A stretch of DNA of 64,000 nucleotides from Eledone cirrhosa. Taxonomy: Eukaryota. The DNA is taken from assembly GCA_964016885.1 (NCBI GenBank), contig OZ024743.1, forward strand, positions 201,190,001-201,254,000. Direction: 5' to 3'. Below, piece after piece: positions 23,720 through 36,667 of the stretch. The position numbers were made by a program, and so were the translations under genes. Positions within the stretch are counted from its first letter, which is position 1. Each line of letters begins with the position of its first letter. Below the pieces are notes generated by a model that saw nothing but the letters and a program-made list of their open reading frames with translations, searched no databases and was not told the origin of the DNA.

Positions 23720-24990
23720 CCACACGCAACTAACATCACTAACACCCCCCAACCCTACGCACACGTACCCACACACCCTCGTACACCACCAACTCTACAC
23801 ACCCTACCACCACTAACCCCCACTCACGCCTGCATTCCCCCCCCCCCCACCTCCCGTATACTAACACCCACTAACACCTCTTCACCAAACTACACACACA
23901 CCAGTGCACCGCACTCCCTCCATAGAACCACACACACCCTTCCCTCCCCGCTCCACCCACACCCCCGCTCCACACTCACTCATCCCACTAACACCCCTAC
24001 TAATACACACACACACACACACACACACACCCTCCTCACTCCAACTCTCACACCTACCCATCCTCGCCTCCCTACCATTCCACCGACTGCTGCTATGCCC
24101 TTCCGACCACCTCTCAGCACCAACTGACCACAGCACTCCCACTGCTGACCACTTCCTGTTGCGCGCGCACCCCACATCTCTCCTCTTCCGACCACCGCTT
24201 CTTGGATTACCCACACGCGAAATTGACTTCTAACCAAATCTCCAAACATCCGTGGAACTTACCAACTTTTCAACCATCCTCTTACGCCATCACCTATATA
24301 ACTCACCCCCCCCCCAAAAAAAAAATGTTTTCTCCACACGCCACCAACACCCACAACACGCTTAAACCACACACACGTGCTTCCCACCACATATTTACAC
24401 CCTCAGCCTCCTGATTCCTCTCCCCCCACCCCCTATCCACACACGCACAGACACTCCGACCCACAAAAACACCCTCCCCACACACCTCTTCCTGAACATG
24501 CAACCCCGTTCTTCCCCCAACCCTCACTTTCACATACACACACACACACACACACACGCACACCTAACCACACACACCACCTTCAGCCCTCCCCGCTCGG
24601 ACACCCCCTCTCCCTCTCCCCACTCCACCCGCCACCACCCCTACTCACCCCACACCCTTCCACCACCTGTTTACCTCCCTTTTAATTTCAGTTTATTTTG
24701 ATCATGCCTTTATTTTTAAATTTTCTCATTCCTTGTATTTTGATCATGCTTTATTTTTATTTATTATAATTTTTGTCTTTATTTGTTAATTTTTCATTCG
24801 CACCGTTTCCTTTCGCTATATGTCTCTCCACCACTCCCCTACACACCTTTTGAACTCTGTTCCCACACACTTCTCACCTGAAGAAGGGCTTATGCCCGAA
24901 ACGTCCCCCCCTACCCCCCACTCTCCTGAGCGTGAATTTAATAAACAGTTATTGTACTGCCTCTCTGTTCTGTCCCTGTTCAAAATTTTC

Positions 24991-24993
<3 letters not shown>
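23720..24993 (+). mobile_element. Probable highly decayed PLE 3' portion ending in a pLTR with a hammerhead core
   Basis: CTGAAGA(24878-24884)-agggc-ttat-gccc-GAAAC-GTC, then AATAAA and (TA)n. Upstream translation SDHLS...PTADHF...H weakly resembles a GIY-YIG C-terminus. Confidence 0.4.
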
Positions 24994-25026
<33 letters not shown>

Positions 25027-25249
25027 TAGATAGATTTCTTTATTTACCATAAAGGCATAAAAAGAAGGGACAAATACAAAGGGGGAGTTTACATATAATC
25101 GAGTAAAAAGGGTGTAACATGAAAATAATCGAAAATAACCTCAAAAGGGAGGGGACGCGATGGGGGTTGCACACACCCCCGAAAAAGTGTGCAATCCTTT
25201 GCTTGGGGAGCACATGGAGAAGGTGCTCCCCTCTCCTTTACTTCTTTAC

Positions 25250-27573
25250 CTACAGGATGGTATACAGAGAAGGCCCATTTACACGAGCCATTCTCGCCAC
25301 TATCACCCACCTTTCATAAAACTGCCCGTGGCCAAGCACCTCTCTCTCCATTCTTGTCCTTCTTCCGAAATGATATCGGAAGAAGTAGACCAGACTATGG
25401 CCAGAGAGGAAGTTGCCTGACCTCAGACCTTTCAATCGTGTCCACCAAACAACCTCTTTCAACATGGCTATTACGCACAGAAAAACCGCCTTTGCTTCCT
25501 TTGTGAAGAGGGGAGGCGGTTTGATTGTCATCACGGACTCGGCGGTCAATTTAATCGGCGCCACCCGCGACAGCAGTCGTTCGGCGTAGCCCCACAGATC
25601 AGCCACGCCCGGACATTGCACCAATGCGTGCGCAACGGTTTCTTCGTGACGCACGCATCTAGGGCAAATCTTTTTTGAGGGATCCCTGCCCGGGCGCCCG
25701 TGTCTGTAGAGCCTCTCTCGAAGGGGTAGAGCCCCCCGGTAGCACTGCCAGGCCAGTGACTTCTGGAAGTTGTCCATTGGTCCTGGGCCGAAAGTCCTAC
25801 CGAACAGGCTGGCCAGTTCGTCTTCTTCCATGTCCAGCGACTCTCCAAGGGTGTCATCGCCCCTGCTAGCCACCAGCCCTCTATAGAATGATGAGGTGGA
25901 TTCTCCACCGATGGCCTGGCCCGCTTGCCAGAGAGCCCTGAGCGCCTGAGCACACTCAGTGTGCCAGTTTCCCAGTTTTCCGGATCTTTGCTTGACCCAG
26001 GACTGTAGCTCGGTGAGCGAGACGAGTCTCGGAAAGGCTCGTTTCACGAACGGAGCCCACACCGGTTGACCAGTGAGGAATACCTGTAGGTGCCGTAGCC
26101 TTAATGCGTGCCTACGCATCATCAACCACGGCATCCCCAGCCCTCCTTTCGAAGGTTGTTGGCAGCAGATGGATCTTCTCACCATAGGAGGGCGCTTCTT
26201 CCAAAGAAATTGGAAGAGCATGCGTTCCATGGTGGTGAGTGTTTCCTTAGGGCAAGGTACGACAGTCAGGCGGTAGTAAGTGACGGACGCTATGTAAATG
26301 TTCGCCACCTCCGCCCGGCCTTTTAGGGACAGCTTACACTTGGCCCATTTCTGGGTTAGTGCAAACACCTTGTTCGTTACCTCGTTCCAGTTCTTTTCCA
26401 CCTGGAGGTCCGGTTCAAACCAGACCCCAAGCAACTTTACCGGGCCCTCCGTCCAGTGTCCGACGACACCGTCAGGAGGCATCGGTCTGCCTCTCCACGT
26501 TCCGAGTTGCAGCCCGATGGATTTTTCCCGGTTCAGTTTCGCTCCTGACAACCTTTCGTACTCCTCCAGTAAGGTACCGATCGCCTCGATCTCCGAGTCG
26601 GTCGATACCATTACTGTTACGTCATCGGCGTAGGCCGACACCGCTTTGCTCAATCCTGGTTCCAGGGGGATACCCTGCAACAACTCCAACTTCCTCAGTA
26701 AAGGCTCGAGAGTCAATACGTACAGAAGGGAGGAGAGAGGGCACCCCTGTCGAATGGATCGTGTGATTTCGAACGGCTTCGAAAGGTAGCCGTTCACCTT
26801 GATCCTAGAACAGATGTGGTTGCTATGTAAGGCAGCGATCCAGCCTCTGAAAACAGGACCGAACCCAGCCGCCGCTAGCACCGCATCCAGGTAACCATGG
26901 TCGACCCTATCGAAGGCCTTAGACTGATCCAAGTTGATCAGGGCCCCACCGAAGCCGGGTTTGTTGCCAACCCTCTCTATGATGTATCGCATGAGGTGGA
27001 GGTTATCGTGAATGGACCTGGATGGGATAGCACATGTCTGCGCATCTCCCACCAGGCCACCCACGACAAGCGCCAACTTCTTTGCTAACACCTTGGCCAA
27101 AATCTTAAACTCTGTGTTTAGCAGGGTTATGGGCCGAAAATTATTTATACTATCTCCCTTGTTCTCGTCCTTCCTCACCAGCGTGACTACGCCCTTGGCT
27201 ACAGAACAAGGAATTCTCCCGTTCTGCTGCCAATTGCAGTAGACTGCTTCGAGGAGTTCGGAGAAGAAGACCGGCATTGCTAAATAAAGTTCGTAAGGTA
27301 TACCATCGAGACCTGGAGATTTGCGTCTGCTGCATTGGCTCAGCGCATCTCCGATCTCATCAGCCGAGATTGGTCCCTCGCAGGACTCTGCCTCTTCGCT
27401 CGAGAGATGCGGTAGGCCGTCGAGGTATGGAGCGAAATCCACGCCCCCGCCCGGACCCTCGCCTCCCCCGAACAATCGGGCAAAGTGCCTTTGAGGTCAT
27501 TTAGAAGCTTTGCTTGCTTCCAAGTTGAGCCCAGGCCACGTGCATTCAAACATCCTACTCTTAACACATCCAC
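25250..27573 (-). pseudogene. Tx1-like ORF2 with the endonuclease deleted; RT and zinc finger still open (25250-27475)
   Basis: APE start VDVLRVGCLNARG is joined out of frame at ~27490 to the pre-RT linker; KSPGLDG, RQGCPLS, YADD, CPRC...HALVQC. Confidence 0.9.
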
Positions 27574-27606
27574 GTGGGCGGCAGAGCCAAAGGAGAGTGC
27601 AGAGAC

Positions 27607-29331
27607 CTACCTTTCCGCTTCCCGGGGTTCGGGTTGCACGACTTCCATGGGGTCGGGGGTGTTGGGTGAAGGGGTGTCTTGTGGTGGTGTGGGGTCGTCA
27701 GTGTGTGGTGGGGTTGGGGTGTTTGGAGTTGTGTTGGGGAGGGGAAGGGGAGGGGGAAAACTGTTTAGTAGGACGCGGTTTATGGGTTTGACAGAGGGTG
27801 GTACTACGTCCTCCTTAAAATCCTTTTTTATTTTTTGGTAGAGGTTCATTGGGATCTTTATTAATTTTAAATGTGGGTAGTTTTCTGAAGAAACAAAGTT
27901 TACACCTTCGGTTTGTACCGAAGGATTATTGTATATGAGTTCATTTAATTTATTATTGTTTCTGTTGATGTAAGTATAGTGTAATGTCTTTTTTTCGGAT
28001 GGTGTGAGTGTTTCGAAGAGGGGAGGGGCAGGTTTTGTTTTGTTTGTTGCTGGAGGGGTGTTTTCTGTTTTGTTGGATTGTGTTGAGATTTGGGTGGGGG
28101 TTGTTTGGCCTTGTGTGTTTTGCACATGTTTTCTTTTTTTCCTTTTAATCTGTCTGAAGGACTCCGTTTCTTCCTCCGAATTCGTTGGGTTATCTTCAGT
28201 GTTGGAGGGAAGAGGTATGTTTGCTGGTAATGTTTCCGTGTTGGTTTTCTTTGTGGGGGAGATGGATGTCACTATGTTAGACTGTGTTGTGTGTTGTGTC
28301 TGCGGTGGTTGTGTTGTTTTATTGAGTGAGAGGTTGGGTGGGCCTGTATTTTGTTTTGGGGTAATGTGTTGTGACTGTTTGTGTTGTGGTGGTGGTGTGG
28401 TTTTACTGAGGGACGGGTTGGGTGGGACTGAGTTTTGTTGTTTGTTTATCTGTTGTGGTGGTGGTGATGGAGCTGGTGTTGGTAGCAGGGTTTTCTTTTT
28501 GTTGAGTTGGGGACAAGTGGCCTTCAGGTGCCCTCTGCCTGCACAGATATGGCAGGACGGCCTTCTCCCCTCCACGCTAATGTTTATATACCCGTGGTCC
28601 TCTAATAGGATTCTGTCGGGTATTTGGGAGATGCGTTCAGGCTTCATTTGCACTACCAGCTCTATACCTGTTCCACTGAACGCATTGCCTGTGGTTTTCC
28701 CAATGGAAATCACGTTGTCATTCACTGGATCGATGAAGCCAGCTATGAGCCAGCAGTAGTCCACATCTGGCATCATTGCATCCAGCCATATGCGGTGAGT
28801 TCTTTTACCCATATAAGATGGATAAAAAGTAAAATTTTTCGAACGAATCGGTGACAAAGCACATTTTTTTGCCGCCGATTCGTTCTTCATGATAATTGCT
28901 AGGCTTCCATACAGTCTGTCTTTTCTTATGAAAGTGGTTTCATTAAGTACTTCTGTGAGTACTGTTTTGATATCTGCTTGAGAAGGCTGTTCAGGTGTTT
29001 TTGTACTGTTGTTGATGGTCCGAAACTTGACCGTTCGGCTTTCAATGTCTTTGGTGAATTCTTGAGGCATTTTTACCGATAAAATACCATTCTCTCCTTC
29101 ACTTATGTATTGTTTGGCGTCTGTGATCCTTCGTGCCACATCTGAAATATTTTCCGGTATATAAGTCAAAGATTTCTTTGTTTTCTGTGCAAATGAAATC
29201 TTGTCGTCTGCTTTGCTTTCTGTTATGGTGTTATTTTCAAATGTTATTTTTGTGTTTGTTGTGTCTTTGTTTGTGTTATTAGTATTGTCATGCAATTTTT
29301 CAAATTTTTTTTTTTCGTTGTTGGAATCCAT
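27607..29331 (-). CDS. Tx1-like ORF1 (nucleic-acid-binding, gag-like), 574 aa
   Basis: Intact ATG-initiated ORF directly upstream of ORF2; zinc knuckle CHICAGRGHLKATC (CX2CX4HX4C); Pro/Thr/Gln-rich C-terminal half. Confidence 0.85.
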   Translation of the reverse strand: MDSNNEKKKFEKLHDNTNNTNKDTTNTKITFENNTITESKADDKISFAQKTKKSLTYIPENISDVARRITDAKQYISEGENGILSVKMPQEFTKDIESRTVKFRTINNSTKTPEQPSQADIKTVLTEVLNETTFIRKDRLYGSLAIIMKNESAAKKCALSPIRSKNFTFYPSYMGKRTHRIWLDAMMPDVDYCWLIAGFIDPVNDNVISIGKTTGNAFSGTGIELVVQMKPERISQIPDRILLEDHGYINISVEGRRPSCHICAGRGHLKATCPQLNKKKTLLPTPAPSPPPQQINKQQNSVPPNPSLSKTTPPPQHKQSQHITPKQNTGPPNLSLNKTTQPPQTQHTTQSNIVTSISPTKKTNTETLPANIPLPSNTEDNPTNSEEETESFRQIKRKKRKHVQNTQGQTTPTQISTQSNKTENTPPATNKTKPAPPLFETLTPSEKKTLHYTYINRNNNKLNELIYNNPSVQTEGVNFVSSENYPHLKLIKIPMNLYQKIKKDFKEDVVPPSVKPINRVLLNSFPPPLPLPNTTPNTPTPPHTDDPTPPQDTPSPNTPDPMEVVQPEPREAER

Positions 29332-29839
29332 GTCCTGATTTGTGTTTTCGTCATTTTTTTTCTCCGCAGATTCGTCTGTTTTTATTTTAATTTTTCCTTC
29401 CTTCTCTATGACGTTAGTTGGGAAGGAAGGGGGGGACTAAAGCGTGCGAGCTTACAACTCTTACCGCTGTCCACCCACCACTATTTTCGTTCGCTGCGTT
29501 TAACATTTCTGTTAGACGATTGAAATGTTTTTGCCACAACATTTTTTAAAACAGGTTTTTCACCTCCAGGAGGGGTAAAGATGAGCTGACCCACCGCCTG
29601 ACAGTTCAGACGGGGGGTCAAGCTACACAATCGTATCAAAATTAAATTTGAACTCACAAAATTTCCGCAATAAATTTGAACAAAACTTCTGCGCGAAGTG
29701 AATTACATCCACACTTAATGAATCATAATAGTATTCACCTATATATATATATATATATATATAGATAGATAGATAAATAGATAGATAGATGCACGCACAC
29801 ACACTCTCTCACATACACACACACATATATACATACATT

Positions 29840-30588
<749 letters not shown>

Positions 30589-30917
30589 GTATATATATAT
30601 CATATATTGAGTTATAAACTCAAAATAGTCTTTTACAATTAAATAGCTCAAAGAAGGGAATATTTCCAAGCCATGTAATACAAATATATATATGAGAGGG
30701 ATGAACACCAATACAAGTATACATGTGACATGTGTTCGAATTGTAAATGACCAAGTTAGCTAGGTTGAAAAATACTAATTTAAAATAATATGGTTTGCCT
30801 GTCTATATATATATATGTGTATGTGTGTGTGTGTATATATACATATATATATAAACATATATATATATACATGTTTATATATGTATTTATATACATATAT
30901 ATGTATAAATATCCTTA

Positions 30918-32625
30918 TATAACTAACAAATAGTTTTATCAATCTACATAGCTGTATACAAGAAATGTAAATCTCAACTTTTTGAATATTAATGATAATA
31001 TTCGATTTGTTTACAATTTTGCAAACAGCCTATTTAAGCCATGTAAGTAGAATGACTCCATCATTCTTGCACTTGTGTTGGCATGTGAACAGAATGGCAG
31101 ACACTATACTATATACTGCTTACCTGCCAACTGTCACAGCTAATGAGAACATATGACATTTCTGGAATGTACAGTGACTGATCGGCCTGATTTGCATATT
31201 CGCAGACCCGCTGATCAGCCAGATTTGCATATCAGCAGATAGGCGAGTCAGTTTCATGTATATGAGTGATTATTGGCCAGCTTTGCCATATTCAAATAAC
31301 TAACAAATTAGTTTGTCGCTCTACATGGCTGAACACAATAAATATAATCTGAGTTTTTCGAATATTAATAATATTCAAATCTAAACAATAATAAAGTAAG
31401 GAGTGCGGGACTGCGTCCAGGATATAATTTTTTATCCCACTTGTAAAATAAGTTGGATTACTTTGAATAAATAATTGTTTCTACTTTTGGCACAAGGCAA
31501 GCAATTACCCAGTGTATTACTGGTACTTTATTTTATCGACCCTGTAAGGATGAAAGGCAAAGTTAACCTTGGCGGGATTTGAACTCAGACCATAAAGGGA
31601 CGTAACTCTTTGTTGCAAAGCATGGCGTCCGACCCTCTACCAAATAAATAATAGTTTCAACTTTTGGCACAAGGCCAGCAATTACCCAGTACATTACTGG
31701 TACTTTATTTTATCGACCCCGTAAGGATGAAAGGCAAAGTTGACCTCGACGGGATTTGAACTCAGACCGTAAAGGGACATAACTATGCTGGAATAAATAA
31801 TGAATGAATATTACATTCAATGAATATTACATGAATGAATATTACATTTGAATAAATAATGAATGAATATTACATAATTTATCTACTAAATTTTGTTATT
31901 CTTGATTAAATATAAATAATATTGTTGCTTATTTTAAGATTCACTTCTTTAAAATTTTCAAATGTCAACACTTCCGGTTAGTGATCGCTTAAATAAACAT
32001 TCATATATTTTCGTCACTAATTTTCTCCTAATTCAGTTTATATACAATGTTGTCTTTTTTTAATGTATCATGGATGACATTACTGATTACATAAGACTGT
32101 GTAACACAGTCTTTGTTAAATTTCTGTGTATATTGTCAATTACGATTTTATTTGATGTATCATATCTACTAGCGGATAATATCAATATGCACATTAAACA
32201 CGCTAGCAGAGAACCACCCAAAGGGTGATTTTTCTGCTAGTATAAATAATATTCAATTCGTTTGCAATTATGCAAACAGCCTCTTTTTAAGCCATGTCAG
32301 TAGAATGACCCCCGTCATTCTTGCTCTTGTATTGGCATGTTAACAGAACTACAGACACTAATGTTTCTGGGTGATTATACTTCATCACTACCATATACTG
32401 TTTACCTGCCAACTGTCACAGCTAGTGAGAATATATGAGATTTCTGGACTGATTGGCCACATTTGCATATTAGCAGACTAGCTGATCAGTCAGATCTGCA
32501 TATTAACAGACCCACTGATTAGCCAGATTTGCATATCAGCAGATAAGCCAGTCAGTTTCATGTATATGAGCGATTAATGGGTGGCTTTGCAATATTATTA
32601 TTAATATTCAAAAAGCTCAGATTTA
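30918..32625. repeat. Diverged ~380-bp tandem duplication with 33-bp subrepeats; second unit interrupted by SINEs; 35-bp inverted repeat at 30968-31002 / 32591-32625
   Basis: 30995-31295 aligns with 32245-32598, and 30918-31002 aligns with 31296-31375. Confidence 0.65.
31471..31790 (-). mobile_element. Two tandem SINE copies (Nin/Deu-domain-like core)
   Basis: The minus strand carries gagttcaaatcc (B box) and gcctttcatccttacggggtcgataaaataaagtacc. Confidence 0.85.
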
Positions 32626-32626
32626 T

Positions 32627-32773
<147 letters not shown>

Positions 32774-32957
32774 CATACATATATATATATATATGTGTAT
32801 ATGTACATATAGACACATATTTCTGTAGATATATATATTTGGGTGTATGCATTTTGTCAATATATACAGAACAGCCCACTTTTCATGTCCCGACTTCATC
32901 TCCAACAAGCTTTCCAGCCCCTACTAGCAGAGAACACAGACGGAAAATGATGATATA

Positions 32958-33011
32958 TCATCATCATCATCATCGTTTAACGTCCATCTTCCACGCTTGC
33001 ATAGGTAATGT

Positions 33012-33042
<31 letters not shown>

Positions 33043-33125
33043 ACATCATCATTTTACGTCCGCTTTTCCCTGCTTGTAAGGGTGGGATGGGTCCTATTCA
33101 GCACAACATCTCTCCACTTGTCACA
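32958..33125 (-). mobile_element. Two very short RTE/SINE 3' tails
   Basis: (CAT)n-gtttaacgtcc and (CAT)n-tttacgtccgcttttccctgcttg. Confidence 0.7.
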
Positions 33126-33151
33126 GTATATATATATATATATGATATCAT

Positions 33152-33202
<51 letters not shown>

Positions 33203-33259
33203 AATATGTGATATTATATTTATACATATTTTATATATATACATATATATATATATATA

Positions 33260-36164
33260 TCATCATCATCATCATCATCATCATCAACGTTTAACGTCCG
33301 TGTTCCACGCTTGCATGGGTTTGGACGGGGGTAGTCCCACTTGAGGCAAGAGTGATTGTCTTGCTCGCATAGGACTGTCTGGCAGGTTTTCTACAGTTGG
33401 ATGCCCTTCCTAACACCAACCACATTTACAGTGTGGGTCTGGGAGGTTTTTACCGTGTTGCCTACACGGCCACATTACAGCGTGGACTGTGTGTTTTTTT
33501 GTCGTGACACCTACACGATCTCATTTGTTTCGGCCTGGATGGCGCGGCACCAACATAACTTTACATAGAACGGGGTGGTGTGGATGGGGTGGGGGTGGTG
33601 GCGGGACGGGGTGTATTTTGTTAGAGATGCCTACTGGCAAGGCGGGTCTTCTCTGTTACTGAGTACCGCCAAAGGTCTCGGTCCAGTGACATTGTCTTGG
33701 AGAGGTGTAAGTGTGTGAGGTCGGAGTTTATCAGCTCATCACATGTTTTTCTAGGTCTGCCTATTCCGTGGCTACCGTCTATCTTTATTGCCCTGCACTT
33801 TGTTATACAGCTATCGACTTTCATGCGCATCACGTGTCCATACCAACGCAGCCTTCTCTCGAGTAAACAACATCTGATCCCTCTTATCTCTAATTTTTTC
33901 CTTAGTTCGTTTATGCTTTGCCGTTCACTTATATTACTGTTACACATCCAGCGGAGCATGCAAGCTTCGTTCCTCTCTAGTCTGCGTATATCCTCTGCAC
34001 ACAATGCCCAGGTCTCACTACCATGCAACATTGCTGTTCGTATGCAGGCATCGTACAACCTGCCTTTCATTTTTAGGGAGAACCCTTTAGCAGCTAATAG
34101 TGGTATAAGCTCTCTGAACTTTTTCCAACCAGTTCTGACTCTAGCTACAGTACTTTCAGAGCACCCTCCCCCACTGCTGATTTTATCGCCCAGGTAACGG
34201 AAGCTGTCCACTATTTCTATAGAACCCTCTGCGCAATTGAAAGAGCTAGTATTTTGTGGGCACTTGCTGCTACTTATTGCACCAGAACACCGGCCACATG
34301 TAAAATCTATGTTCTTAGTTAGCTTACCTGTGATCCCACTACATCTTTTATGCACCCATACTTTGCATTTAGGACATAAAATGGAGTTTCTACCTACGCC
34401 TTTCCTACACACCGAGCACGACCATTTCCCAGAAGGGACCGCCGCCTTGTTTTCTTTCCTACAAACTAGAACTTTGGTCTTAGCCAGGTTAATTTTAAGT
34501 CCTTTTGACTCTAGGCCGTGCTTCCATGTTTGGAATTTCTTCTCTAGCTCGGCCATTGATTCCGCTATGAGTGTCAGGTCGTCTGCGTATAGGAGTTCCC
34601 ATGGGCAGCCTGTCTTGAACTCCTCTGTTATAGCCTGAAGGGCAATAATAAATAGTAGGGGGCTGAGAACAGAGCCCTGATGGACGCCAACTTTTACGCT
34701 AAACTCTTCACTATATTCGTTGTTAATTCTAACCTTGCTGACTGTTTCTTTATACATGGCTTGTATAGCCCTCACAAGCCATTCGTCAACGCCTAGTTTT
34801 CTAAGAGCCCACCAGATAATGGAGCGGGGGACTCTGTCGAAGGCTTTCTCCAGGTCGACAAAAGCTAAGTAGAGGGGTCTACCTTTAGCTAGGTACTTCT
34901 CCTGTAGTTGTCGTACTATGAAAAGGGCGTCTGTGGTGCTTTTGCCTGACACAAACCCGAACTGCATTTCATCTAGGTCAATTCTCTCTCTGATTAGTTG
35001 CGCTATTACTTTTTCCGTGACCTTCATGACCTGGTCGATTAATTTAATGCCTCTATAGTTACTCCTATCTAGGGCGTCTCCTTTACCCTTATAACAGTTA
35101 ACGATGATGCTGCTATGCCAGTCCTTCGGAACAACCCCATTCTGTACGACTTGGTTAACTATGCGGGTGACCATGGTGTGTCCCACCGTGCCAGATGCCT
35201 TCAGCATATCAGCAACTATTTCCGAAGGCCCAGCCGCCTTACCCGTCTTCATATCCTTGATTGCCTTACTTATTATACTCCCCTCGATTAACACTGCTGG
35301 TCCCTCTATCGGGTCGATATGGGGGAGACTGTCTTTCTCCCATTTATTCTCCTCATTTAGTAGCCTTTCATAGTGACACTTCCAAGCTACCTTCTTATCA
35401 GTGTCGGTGATGGCAAGTATGCCATCATCGTTAAGTACACACTTCTCCCCGACAATATCACGGTTTTCCTTGACGCATTGCCTGGCAATCCTGAACACCT
35501 CACGTTTTTGGTCATCGCGTTGTAGAACATGCTTGAACTTTCTTTCCTCAGCTTCCCTTCTTGCTAAGTACACTTCTCTCCTAGCTTCCCTCCTGGCCAC
35601 TTGATAGTCTACTCTACTTCCCCCATCCCGCCATACTTTCCAAGCCTGCTTTTTGGCCTTAATTGACCCCTCCACCCTACTGTTCCACCACCAAGTTACT
35701 CTCCTCCTGCCTACAGGCCTGCTCCAGCCACAGACTTCGTCTGTCGCCAACAGCAGGTTTGCTTTCAGAAATTCCCACTGTCCCTCTATATTGTCCGATT
35801 CTAGATGCTCTTCCTTACTGTCGAAAGCATCAAGTAATATGCTTTGAAATTTATTTCTGGCTGTGGGGTCCTTTAGTTTCCATATTTTCCTCCTGAGGAT
35901 AGTCCTCTTCTGCTGTCGAGTACGTCTCGTCCTGACTATGAGGTCGCTAATTATCAGTCTATGTTGGGAGGTGCATTCTTCATGGGGGAGGGATTTAGTG
36001 TTTACAACAGACACTCTGTCACGTCTTCTGGTAAGGATATAATCTACCTGGCTTGTGTGTTCCCCTGATCTATAGGTGATCAGGTGATTGTCACGTTTTT
36101 TGAAGTTAGTGTTACAGATAGTTAGGTTATTTGCATCACAGAATTCCAGGATTCTGGAGCCTTC

Positions 36165-36168
<4 letters not shown>
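33260..36168 (-). mobile_element. RTE-clade LINE, young, 5'-truncated
   Basis: Uninterrupted ORF, 3' UTR, (GAT)n tail, (TA)n flanks. Confidence 0.95.
33621..36167 (-). CDS. RTE ORF: C-terminal part of APE endonuclease, RT with inserted PHD-type finger (5'-partial)
   Basis: The frame stays open upstream of the called start (EEGSRILEFC...SQVDYIL); SQHRLII, KAAGPSEI, YRGIKL, DLEKAFDRV, HQGSVLSP, YADD, FRYLG. Confidence 0.92.
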
Positions 36169-36570
<402 letters not shown>

Positions 36571-36614
36571 GTTAAATAAAAAGTCAAATGTTTAAAATTT
36601 AGCTTCGTTTATTG

Positions 36615-36667
36615 CTGCTATATATATTTCAGTGACAGCCATCTTTGGCTGTGACCTCTTCAGACAG
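36615..36667 (-). ncRNA. Minimal hammerhead ribozyme motif within a probable PLE pLTR fragment (~36565-36880)
   Basis: Minus strand: ctgt-CTGAAGA-ggtcacagcc-aaagat-ggctgtcact-GAAA-tatata-TA-gcag, then AATAAA. Confidence 0.7.

Larger units (their letters stand above)
25035..29739 (-). mobile_element. L1/Tx1-clade LINE, end-to-end copy (5' UTR, ORF1, ORF2 with ~1.1-kb internal deletion, 3' UTR)
   Basis: Both flanks read (TA)n(GATA)3, consistent with a TSD; ORF1 and ORF2 motifs present. Confidence 0.93.

Noticed and set aside
28004-28759. 251-aa Cys/Val/Gly-rich ORF on +
   Set aside because: Antisense shadow of the A/C-rich Tx1 ORF1.
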